DNA of 64,000 bases. It comes from an uncultured virus (IMG/VR IMGVR_UViG_3300044956_001223) (lineage: Duplodnaviria; Heunggongvirae; Uroviricota; Caudoviricetes). The stretch lies in IMG/VR virus record IMGVR_UViG_3300044956_001223; one strand, 5' to 3'. Below, one piece after another: positions 28,379-38,000 of this stretch (position 1 is its first letter; every line of letters starts with the position of its first letter). Below the pieces are notes generated by a model. It had not been told where the DNA came from. It saw only the letters and a list, made by a program, of their open reading frames with translations, and did not search any database. Made by a program: the position numbers and the translations under genes.

Positions 28379-30334
28379 ATGAGCTTTCAACCATGTATAT
28401 GTAGCATTATCGATATTTCTGCTGGATCATATCATAATACAGCTTTATCTAGTAATTATAGAATTACTGGTTGGGGAAATAATGATTATTTGCAAAGAGA
28501 TTTTCCAAATAAAGTTAAATATGCTTATAATATTTCTGCTGGAGACGGATATAGTCAAGCTATAGTTCGAACAGGGATAAACACTGGAGTTATAAATGAT
28601 TATGTAAGAATACCTGATGGATATGGCTTATTCGAAAGCGAGAATAAAATTGGAAAAAGCACTATAGTTGCCGGTACTTTTAATTTTCCTTGGATATCAA
28701 CTGGCATTTATAACGAAATTCTAGGATTTAAAGATACAACTCTTACAGGAGCATGTTTGCACCCAATTGGTACCGGAGGACTCAATCCTCAATATTTTGA
28801 TTCTAGCTCTTTAATAGATAATACAGTAGTAGAAGAATTAATTGCGCAACCGTCTACAATAGCGAAACCATTCATTAATATAATATCTATAAATAATTTG
28901 CCTTCCGGTTTATCTTTTACTGGTCTATTAGGACCGATAAATCCTGATATTATAGTTTATGCTCCACAACCTTCTGGAACTAAAATCCCACTTTTTGGAA
29001 TAACTGGTTTGTATGGACCATTGTTTAAAGAATATCAAAAAATATTTTACACAGAACACCAAATCTCTGGGGTAAGTGGTATTTTTGCTACAGGAAGAAA
29101 TGATTATAATCAATCCGAAGTATTTAATTTTACTGGAATTAAATCTGCAATAGCAGGAAAAAATTGCAGTTTTGTAATTTTTAAAAATGGAAAAATTACG
29201 GGTTGGGGAGAATCTTTATATGGAGAAAATTTATCTGATATTCATGATATATTTACTAACGTAGCAGACATATCTAATAAAGGAAGTCATACTTTAGTTT
29301 TATTAAACACAAATAGAGTTAGTGGATTTGGTTTAAATATATATAATCAAGCTACTGGTGGAAATTTAATTACTGGCGTAAGTGGAATTGCCGCAGGATT
29401 AAATCATAGCTTAGCAATATTATATAATGGAAAAGTCACGGGCTGGGGAGATAATAGCCTCGGACAGACTTCAGGTACAACTGGTTTTTATAATTCGTGG
29501 GATCAGTCCCCAGTTGGAATTATAAATAATGCAACAAAAATTTCTGCTGGAGCATATCATAATTTTATATGCTTAGAAAATGGTACGATTACTGGATATG
29601 GGGACAATTTATTTCAAAAAATTACTAAGGGATTATTTTTAACGGGAGTTGTTGAAATTTCTGCTGGAGAAAATCATACGATAGCGTTGTTAAACAATGG
29701 AAGAGTTACCGGCTGGGGAAGTAATCAGTATGGTCAAGTTTCTGGCGCTTTAAATATTGCTGGAAATTGGGAGTCTTCACCAGTTGGTATATTATCTGGC
29801 GTAAAAGCTATAAATACTTCTTATAGTCATAATCTTGCGCTACTTGAAAATGGACTCGTAACTGGCTGGGGATCAAATGATTACAAACAGCATTTTAAAA
29901 TAAATACATTTCCTTTTCTTACTGGAGTAACTAAAATCTCCGCAGGAAACAGTCATAGCATATTTTGTTTACCAAATCCTGTATTTACTTTTTCTGAAAC
30001 CACAAATATTCCATTAAATATAACAGGAAATATTACTGGATTTGGTATAACTGGTTCTGGATTAGGAATTACTGGTTATGCTACCATAAATTCAATATTT
30101 GTAAATAAGCCCACGGGAATTAATAGTCTTTATGCTCCAACAAGTTATTCCATAACTGGGGTTCCAAAATTAGCAGGAAATTATAATACATATATCTTAA
30201 TACATGAACTCGGCGCCGAAACAGAATATGCAGAAAGATATATAAATTTTTCAATATTAGAAACAGGAAGATTTCCTATTATTTTTAAAGTATGTGGAGG
30301 AACAATAGGTTTAATAGATCAAGCTTTAAATTAA
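28379..30334 (+). CDS. RCC1/BLIP-II repeat protein: N-terminal propeller fragment plus a complete 7-blade propeller within a He_PIG-like domain
   Basis: SAG..H / TGWG.N repeats; NNLPSGLSF before and ITGVPKLAGNY after the propeller. Confidence 0.75.
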   Translation: MSFQPCICSIIDISAGSYHNTALSSNYRITGWGNNDYLQRDFPNKVKYAYNISAGDGYSQAIVRTGINTGVINDYVRIPDGYGLFESENKIGKSTIVAGTFNFPWISTGIYNEILGFKDTTLTGACLHPIGTGGLNPQYFDSSSLIDNTVVEELIAQPSTIAKPFINIISINNLPSGLSFTGLLGPINPDIIVYAPQPSGTKIPLFGITGLYGPLFKEYQKIFYTEHQISGVSGIFATGRNDYNQSEVFNFTGIKSAIAGKNCSFVIFKNGKITGWGESLYGENLSDIHDIFTNVADISNKGSHTLVLLNTNRVSGFGLNIYNQATGGNLITGVSGIAAGLNHSLAILYNGKVTGWGDNSLGQTSGTTGFYNSWDQSPVGIINNATKISAGAYHNFICLENGTITGYGDNLFQKITKGLFLTGVVEISAGENHTIALLNNGRVTGWGSNQYGQVSGALNIAGNWESSPVGILSGVKAINTSYSHNLALLENGLVTGWGSNDYKQHFKINTFPFLTGVTKISAGNSHSIFCLPNPVFTFSETTNIPLNITGNITGFGITGSGLGITGYATINSIFVNKPTGINSLYAPTSYSITGVPKLAGNYNTYILIHELGAETEYAERYINFSILETGRFPIIFKVCGGTIGLIDQALN

Positions 30335-30339
30335 AAATA

Positions 30340-30363
30340 GTGTAAATTATGATAGGAATAAGG
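30340..30363 (+). promoter_or_regulatory. GTGTAA motif plus AGG-AATA-AGG leader element
   Basis: GTGTAA 30340-30345; agg-aata-agg 30354-30363; ATG 30371. Confidence 0.55.
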
Positions 30364-30370
30364 TAAATTA

Positions 30371-33106
30371 ATGCAAGATTATTATAAAAAATATAAACTA
30401 TGGACTTTGTATTTTGGAGCATTTTTCTCTGGAAATAGATATTTCTTGTCAGATTTTGAAATTACTCCAATTGAATTTAATAGATTTTTTAGTCCTTATT
30501 ATATTGATTTAATCAATATTCCTTCAGAAGGATATATTTCTTACATAAATTTTTTAAGTCCATTACATGAAAAAAGTTTACCAAATGGCGCAGATAGAAA
30601 TTTCTTTCATCAACAAAGATCTGATACTTTACTTATAAATTTTGCTGAATTAAAAAAATTTTACAGTGAAGATTGTGATAATCAAAGAATTGAAACATGT
30701 CTTTATTATTTTGGAAATAAATTGACCTACAATCATTTAAGTGGAAATTTTAATAAAAGAATATGGACTTCGCCAAAACAACTATATGATATCATGTATG
30801 ATTTAAGTTTAACCTATACCGGAAACATAACTGGTGTGCCGGAAAAAGCAACGAAATTTACTATTTCTGGGATTACGGGAAAAAAAATTGTTTTTTCTGG
30901 AATAGGTTATGGATTACATGAATGTTATGGTTGCGTAGATAATATTTCATATATCGAAACCTCTGGCATTATATCTGGAGATTATTTTCCTAATTGCAAC
31001 ACTCCTTTACAAGAATTAAAAACTGCAACCTTTACTATAGATTATAATACATATAATTTATTTTACAATAATAGCAATCCTACTCAAACCCTTTTAAGTT
31101 TAAATTCAGAAAACATTGATTTAACTGGTATTCCACTAAATAGTTATATAAAACCTAGCTCCGTTAATGCTAATCTATCAAAACAATTCGTGACTGGATA
31201 TTCAATTTCTGCATCAGAACTAGCCAGAACAAAAAATGAGATACCATTATTTTTTAGAACTTTAAATTTTAATTCTCTAAGATTAACTCCAATCTATAAA
31301 GATATATTTTCTGGTAATTATCATTTAAATAAAATATTAAATATTTCAGGTAAAAAAACATCGAGTTATAGATATCTTCCTAATCTGGAATGTGGAGAAA
31401 AAGTTTATGGAAGCAGAATATATAATGTCCCAGATTTTTTATTTAGTAGAGGAGTTTCACCAGAAGATTATGTATATAATATATATAATAGTTTAATTTC
31501 TGGTTCTTCGGTTTATGAATATGAGGTTACTGGTGGAAATTATTTACCGGCTTTACAAAATATAAAAGAAAGAAGATCATACTATATATCAAATACTGGG
31601 TTGCCTGATCCTGAGATAGCAATTACTCAAACTCCTGGAGATAGTGGTATCAAAAAAGATTCACCATTTTTTACAAATATTTCAGGATTAACATTTCATT
31701 TAAACGCTATAGATGATTTATCTTTTCTTACATTTGGAGATTTTGGAACTTCAATAATAAAAAATAAAACTAATTTTAATAAAGATTATTATACCAATCG
31801 ATCTGGTGACTGCGTGGGATTTTATATGGATACAGTATTTACTTTTACTGGTGCCGGAATTAATCAAGATCAACCGTCATTTACATTTTCTATATCTGGA
31901 CAAAATATTAATTTAGAAAATAATTTTATTGGCTCAGGTTATAATTCTTTTTATCCAGGATATTATACAAATTTTAATGCTCCCCCCGGGTTGATAATGA
32001 ATCCAAGATCTACATTTTTATTTACTGGAGGATTTACTGGTGGCTTACCTATTTCTATATTTTTTGTAGAATCTGGTGCTGTATTTTCTGGACAAAAAAC
32101 TATACAATCTTTAAATAGAAGCGGATATATGACAACGAGACATATTAACACTGGAGCATTAATAAATTTTACTGTTGTTCAAAATCCTAGCGGAAGTCTA
32201 TACGTAACAGGTCTTCTAACTTACAATCGTATAAGAAATCCAATATTTCGTAATGATTTTCAAGTTGGAAATTTAATTATGGATACCGGAAGACTTTTAT
32301 ATTACGTAAATAATTCATTAATATATTCTGGAAATACAGGTTTTAATTTAGAATATATGATGCTTGGTAGCAACAATACTAGAATTAATCTTACTGGAAG
32401 TGGCACTTTTATTGGAGATGGTGTTACTGGTCTCGGTGACGAAAGAGCATTTTCTATATTTTTCCCATCTACATATTATAATGATTTATTTGGATTTAGT
32501 GGCTCTATTCATGAAATATTAATATATAATAATTTTATTAATGATAATCATAAAAATGAAGTTTATAGCTATCTAACGAATAAATGGTCTGGTGTATACC
32601 AATATAGTCCTAGTGGAAGAGTTTTTTATTATACAAATAAACCAAACTTTCCAAAATCTTATAAAAAAAACTGTTCTGATTGTGATTCATTAATAGCCAC
32701 TTTCCCAAAAGAAAAAGAAAAACATATTGTTTTATTAGAGTATAATTTATATGGATTTGAAGACACTAGACTAGAAGATTGTGATATAGATATGCATGCT
32801 TATATGCTAAAAACTGGTTTTCACGAAGAAATCGTGAAAAAAGATCCTTTTATAAGTTCTTTTAAAATTAATTTTAATTCTGGAACATCTAAAGAGAGCC
32901 TTGGAAAAATAGAAATAAAGAGTCCAAATATACATAATATATGTGATATGAATTTTAGTTATAATAGTTTATCTACGAATGTGCAGAGGCAAAATTTAAA
33001 AGAAATAAAAAGTGAAATCGTGCTTTATAAACCATCTAAGCAAGATCCAGGGGGATGTTTACCTGATTATATTAAATATGGAAAAATTTATGGCAATCAA
33101 CTTTAA
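30371..33106 (+). CDS. Virion protein with a LamG/concanavalin-like domain
   Basis: 911 aa; ISGLTFHLNA ... FSGSIHEILIYN...EVYSYLTNKW signature; TG/SG-rich. Confidence 0.6.
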   Translation: MQDYYKKYKLWTLYFGAFFSGNRYFLSDFEITPIEFNRFFSPYYIDLINIPSEGYISYINFLSPLHEKSLPNGADRNFFHQQRSDTLLINFAELKKFYSEDCDNQRIETCLYYFGNKLTYNHLSGNFNKRIWTSPKQLYDIMYDLSLTYTGNITGVPEKATKFTISGITGKKIVFSGIGYGLHECYGCVDNISYIETSGIISGDYFPNCNTPLQELKTATFTIDYNTYNLFYNNSNPTQTLLSLNSENIDLTGIPLNSYIKPSSVNANLSKQFVTGYSISASELARTKNEIPLFFRTLNFNSLRLTPIYKDIFSGNYHLNKILNISGKKTSSYRYLPNLECGEKVYGSRIYNVPDFLFSRGVSPEDYVYNIYNSLISGSSVYEYEVTGGNYLPALQNIKERRSYYISNTGLPDPEIAITQTPGDSGIKKDSPFFTNISGLTFHLNAIDDLSFLTFGDFGTSIIKNKTNFNKDYYTNRSGDCVGFYMDTVFTFTGAGINQDQPSFTFSISGQNINLENNFIGSGYNSFYPGYYTNFNAPPGLIMNPRSTFLFTGGFTGGLPISIFFVESGAVFSGQKTIQSLNRSGYMTTRHINTGALINFTVVQNPSGSLYVTGLLTYNRIRNPIFRNDFQVGNLIMDTGRLLYYVNNSLIYSGNTGFNLEYMMLGSNNTRINLTGSGTFIGDGVTGLGDERAFSIFFPSTYYNDLFGFSGSIHEILIYNNFINDNHKNEVYSYLTNKWSGVYQYSPSGRVFYYTNKPNFPKSYKKNCSDCDSLIATFPKEKEKHIVLLEYNLYGFEDTRLEDCDIDMHAYMLKTGFHEEIVKKDPFISSFKINFNSGTSKESLGKIEIKSPNIHNICDMNFSYNSLSTNVQRQNLKEIKSEIVLYKPSKQDPGGCLPDYIKYGKIYGNQL

Positions 33107-34664
33107 TATAAACATGATTTCAGCTTTGCTTAATTCAATTAATTATGTAATTGAATTAAGTGGAAATTCAAACAGTAATAAAACATTTAATGTATTAAAT
33201 AATGAAAGCCTTGAAATAGGTTTTGATAAAAACAAAATTTATAATATAAATGCAAAAAATTTAGAACGTACATTTTCATTATTTAAAATTAACAATGAAT
33301 TAATACAAGGAGCAAATTCTTATGTAGATGAAAATAAATTAACTATAGATTTTACTGAAAATATTCCGCAAAGAAGCATTGAACTTTATACTCCAGATAA
33401 TGAAACTCTTTATATTACTTATCGATTAGATAACGTTAATAATCAAAAATTAAAAGCTTTTACTCTAGATCTTTTTAATTATGAAACAGGAGTTTTAACC
33501 ACGTTAAGAGATCTGCCGCAAGTTTATTATTTACCCTATACTGGAGATAAATATAATACACCCTGTTATCCTTTTATAGAATTTGGACAAATAGATCCAT
33601 GCACAGATATGTTTGTATGTTCAATTTGCAATTCTGCAAAAGGAATATTTATAGAACAAGGTCCAGGCGCTACAATGATTGTTCCTAGGAGTTTATTGCC
33701 TTTCAATATTTATGGCCGAGAGTCAATTTATAATTCTGGTCAACCATATGTTGACTATGATTTTGATTATAGAGTACCCGGAAGCTACAGAATTTTCTTA
33801 AATAATAACCTTTTTAAGTCATGTTGTTGCGAGCCAGATCCAGAAGCCCGCTGTCGCCCTTCCACCACCCCCTCAGATATATCAAGTTATTGCGATAAAA
33901 TAGATAATTATGAATTATCATATTTTAAAAGAATTAAAAAAACTGATTTAATTTTTGACCAAGAAGAAATCTCTATAGCGGATTATCTAGAAAATAAATT
34001 TAATATTTTATTTTTAGATAATATATCTTTCTCAAAAATTAAAGAATCATATTTTTTAAATTATTCTGGACAAATAAATAATACTAAGTCTTTCATAGAA
34101 GGAGACTCAATAGCAATCAGACAGTATTATTATCCCTACGAAGAATGTTTTTCGAAAATATTTTACAGAGATCCAGAATATTCAGAAGTAGATCAAAGAT
34201 TAATATATTCAATAGAAAAAAGTGGTGAAAATTATTTTTCAAATCAAAATGAATTGATACAAAAAATTAATTTAATATATAATTCTAGTGGAATTTATAG
34301 TTGGATACCTCTAGCTTTTAAAGATGAACCAGTGTATGATTTTGGTCCATTACTTTTAGCAGAAGCAATTGATGATAACAATATTTCTATAAAAAGTTTA
34401 AAATCTGGCTTACTTGGAAAACATTTAATCAAATTCGAAAGTGGCCCAGAAAGAAAAGGCATTGCCTCGACTTGGATGCTTCCAAAAAATATTAAATTGC
34501 AGGGTTCAAATAATTTAATTGATTGGGTAAACATTGTTGATACATCTACTGATAAGTCATTAAATGAAATCATCGAAAATATTCCTTTTGCAGGAAAAAT
34601 CCCTTATGATAACGAGAAGGCAGCTAAAGATACCAAGATAACAAAAACTGTAGGAATAAAATAA
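33090..34664 (+). CDS. Virion protein; C-terminus resembles the first part of a discoidin (F5/8 type C) domain
   Basis: Start placed at ATG 33090 (ORF track extends to 33012); PKNIKLQGSNNLIDW motif. Confidence 0.5.
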   Translation: MAINFNINMISALLNSINYVIELSGNSNSNKTFNVLNNESLEIGFDKNKIYNINAKNLERTFSLFKINNELIQGANSYVDENKLTIDFTENIPQRSIELYTPDNETLYITYRLDNVNNQKLKAFTLDLFNYETGVLTTLRDLPQVYYLPYTGDKYNTPCYPFIEFGQIDPCTDMFVCSICNSAKGIFIEQGPGATMIVPRSLLPFNIYGRESIYNSGQPYVDYDFDYRVPGSYRIFLNNNLFKSCCCEPDPEARCRPSTTPSDISSYCDKIDNYELSYFKRIKKTDLIFDQEEISIADYLENKFNILFLDNISFSKIKESYFLNYSGQINNTKSFIEGDSIAIRQYYYPYEECFSKIFYRDPEYSEVDQRLIYSIEKSGENYFSNQNELIQKINLIYNSSGIYSWIPLAFKDEPVYDFGPLLLAEAIDDNNISIKSLKSGLLGKHLIKFESGPERKGIASTWMLPKNIKLQGSNNLIDWVNIVDTSTDKSLNEIIENIPFAGKIPYDNEKAAKDTKITKTVGIK

Positions 34665-34678
34665 AAGGAGATAATACG

Positions 34679-35026
34679 ATGTCTTTGAATTCTACACAAC
34701 AAGATGAAGTCAATCAAGCTATAAAAAAAATAGCAGATTTAAATAAATTTAATTTACGGCCAATTGTAAGTCCAATTATTAGCGGTATATCAAATTTTCC
34801 ATCTGTTGAATGTGCTCCATTTGCTGGTGGATCAGGAAGATATTGCGGTACGGGTTATATTGATATTTATAATTCTTCGATAGAAGAATGTCGTAAGGAG
34901 GAAGAAGAAGAACCTTTTGGACAAGGAGAAGGGGGAGGAGAGGGAGGAGATTCCGAAACCCCTCCTACTCCAACCTATACAATTATTCAAAATAGATTTC
35001 GATGGGGGTATAACGCAGAAGCGTGA
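34679..35026 (+). CDS. Small acidic/Gly/Pro-rich hypothetical protein
   Basis: 115 aa with clear SD aaggag. Confidence 0.55.
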   Translation: MSLNSTQQDEVNQAIKKIADLNKFNLRPIVSPIISGISNFPSVECAPFAGGSGRYCGTGYIDIYNSSIEECRKEEEEEPFGQGEGGGEGGDSETPPTPTYTIIQNRFRWGYNAEA

Positions 35027-35031
35027 TGCTT

Positions 35032-35037
35032 GTGTAA
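35032..35037 (+). promoter_or_regulatory. GTGTAA motif
   Basis: In the 20-nt gap before ATG 35047. Confidence 0.5.
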
Positions 35038-35046
35038 AAAATTAAT

Positions 35047-38000
35047 ATGCCTTATACTACAGGATCATATAAATACGCTAGACTATTAATGAGTGGATTT
35101 CTTTCTTCTCCACTTCCAAAAAGTGTTTTATCCAACCCTGATTTTAAAAATGGAATGGTTCTAAAAAATAATAAATATATGAAAGCTTACAATATTAATT
35201 TATTTGCTGATTATGTTTTTCAAACAGATATTTTAAATTTTAAATCAGCAACAGATATATTTAACTCTTCATATTCTGGTATTACTTTTTCTTCAGAAAC
35301 GGGAATTATTAAAATTATAGATGATATATTTATAGATCAATCAGGAATATATTCAATAAGCGGGGTTCAAACTGGAATTTTCCAAAGTGAAATAATAAAT
35401 ATTATTTCTGCTGGAGATGAACATAGTTTGTATGTTGATCCATTTTATGGAAGATATTTTGGCCTTGGAAATACTGGAGCGGGAAGAATCGGACCTCAAA
35501 ATATCAGTAATGTAATACAAGTTGCCGCAGGAACAGAACATACTTTAATCTTATTAAAAAATAAAAAATTAACAGGTTTTGGAAATAATGCAGATGGTCG
35601 CGTTTCTGGAATAACGGGAAATTTAACCTCCGGATACGGTTGGGATATTTCTCCAGTAGGAAAATTAACCGGTGTTACAAAAATATCTACAAAAAATTCT
35701 TTTTCTTTAGCTTTGCTTGGAGATAATGGCGTTACTGGTTGGGGGAACAATTCTACGGGTCAAATTTCTCCATTTGAAAATAAAGTTTTATATTTAAGTG
35801 GAATAAAAGATATTCAAGCGGGTAGCTCACATGGATTAATATTATTTAATAATGGTACTTTAACCGGATGGGGAAATAGTGGAACAGGTAATTGGATAGG
35901 AGATTGGAAATATCTTACAGGCGTAAAAGAAATTGGTGCAGGAAATGATCATAATGTAGCTTTACTAGAAAATGGAGTTGTTACTGGTTGGGGAAACAAT
36001 ATTTATAATCAAAGCCTTGGCGGTAATAATCTTACTGGGGTTAAAAAAATAAGCGCAGGAAGAGATTTTAATTTAGCTTTATTAAATGATAATACAATTA
36101 CAGGTTGGGGAGATAATACGTTTAATCAATGTTTAGGAGGAACTAATTTAGCTAATGTTAGTGGAGTATACGCGGGTGGAAATTATGGTATAGCAATATT
36201 AAATAATGGAATTATTACTGGTTGGGGCAACAATATTTATAATCAATATTTAATATACAATCCAAGGATTCCACCGAATGGAATCATTTATGATTTTACA
36301 TATTATAAAAAATCGGGCGCAATAAGAATGGTAGGCGGAGATTATAACGTAGGACCGCCGATTGGATATAGAGAACAAACTTATACTGGAATATATACAG
36401 GAATTATTACATTTAATGATTATTTTTATAATCCAGAAAAACAAACTTTATTTTTTATACAAGATGTATTTTATAGAGTTGAAGGACCACAAATTTTTAC
36501 GACTAACCTTACTACTTTAAATGATAAATCTAATAATCAACAGTTGCCTAGTTTAAGTACACTATTAGTAGATTTAGCTGATTTATCAGGATATCAAACT
36601 TCTACGATAACAACTACTGTATATGGTTTTATAAAAAATTATCCTTTAAAAAGATTACAAATTTCCGGATTTGCATATTTAACTGGTACAGTTAGTGGGA
36701 TTGGAACGGGCATAATTAATTTTAATCAACTTGTTTCGGGTTTTCCAGCAATAGCTTATAGCAATCAAGTGTCCGGATATAAAAATGCTACAGGTTTATT
36801 AAATTTTCAAAATTCAGAATTAGGTGATTTTATTATACTAAATAATGATTTTACTGGTAGCAATGTAAGTTTTATATATCAAACTGGTCAAGATTTTTTT
36901 GCTCCAGGATTTTTCAAAGATGCAAAAGATTTAAATAATATAATAAACTCTGGATCAAATGATTATGGGATAAAATCAACTTATTTACCTAATTTTAGTT
37001 TTTCATTAAAAACATTAATTACTGGAGACAATAAATTAGGAAATCCCGAAAATGATTTATTCGGAAGAGCCATACATTATAATGATTTTACTAATACTCT
37101 TTTTATTGGTGCTGCGTCAGACATTAATTCAGTTGCTAATGCTGGCGCTGTATATATTTTCTCTGGATATAGAAATAATTGGAAACAAATAGCGGTTTTA
37201 ACTGGTGATACATTTGGATTATCAAATCCAAATGCAGATAGATTTGGCTATTCTATATCTTCAAATTTTTCAGGAAATATATTAGCAATCGGCGCAATTA
37301 ATGCAGAAACAAATTCTGTTTCTTCAGCTGGTGCAGTTTATATTTTTACGGGCGGCGGAAGTTCTTGGTCTCAAACAGCAAGATTAACTGGAGATACATT
37401 AGGTTTTGGAAATCCAGACGGAGATAATTTTGGTCATTCAATTTCTTTAAATTTTGATGGAAACGTTCTTGCTGTTGGCGCGCAATTAGCTGATTCTAAT
37501 ACCTTGAGCAATGTTGGTGCAGCATATATTTTTACAGGTATACAAAACTCATGGAATCAAATTGCTAGATTAACTGGACAGAGGACAATACCAATTGTTC
37601 CTACGTCTGATCAAGTAGGATTTTCTGTCGCTCTTAATTCGAAGGGTGATACTCTTATTGCTGGAGCACCAATGGCAGATCCTTTTGGTATATCAAATGT
37701 TGGTGTAGCATTTATATTTACAGGTTATAGTGGTAATTGGAATCAATCTGCTTTAATTACCGGAAATACTTCTGGATCACCCTCCAATGACAGATTTGGA
37801 TATTCTATATCTCTTAGTGCAAAAGGAAATACTCTTGCTATTGGAGCATATTCTGCAGATACTAATGGGGTAAGTAACGCTGGAGCAGTTTACATTTTTA
37901 CAGGAAGTGGAAGCTCTTGGTCTCAAACAGCAAGATTAACTGGAGATACATTAGGTTTAGGAAATCCTACGAATCATTTTTTTGGAATTTCAACCTCATT

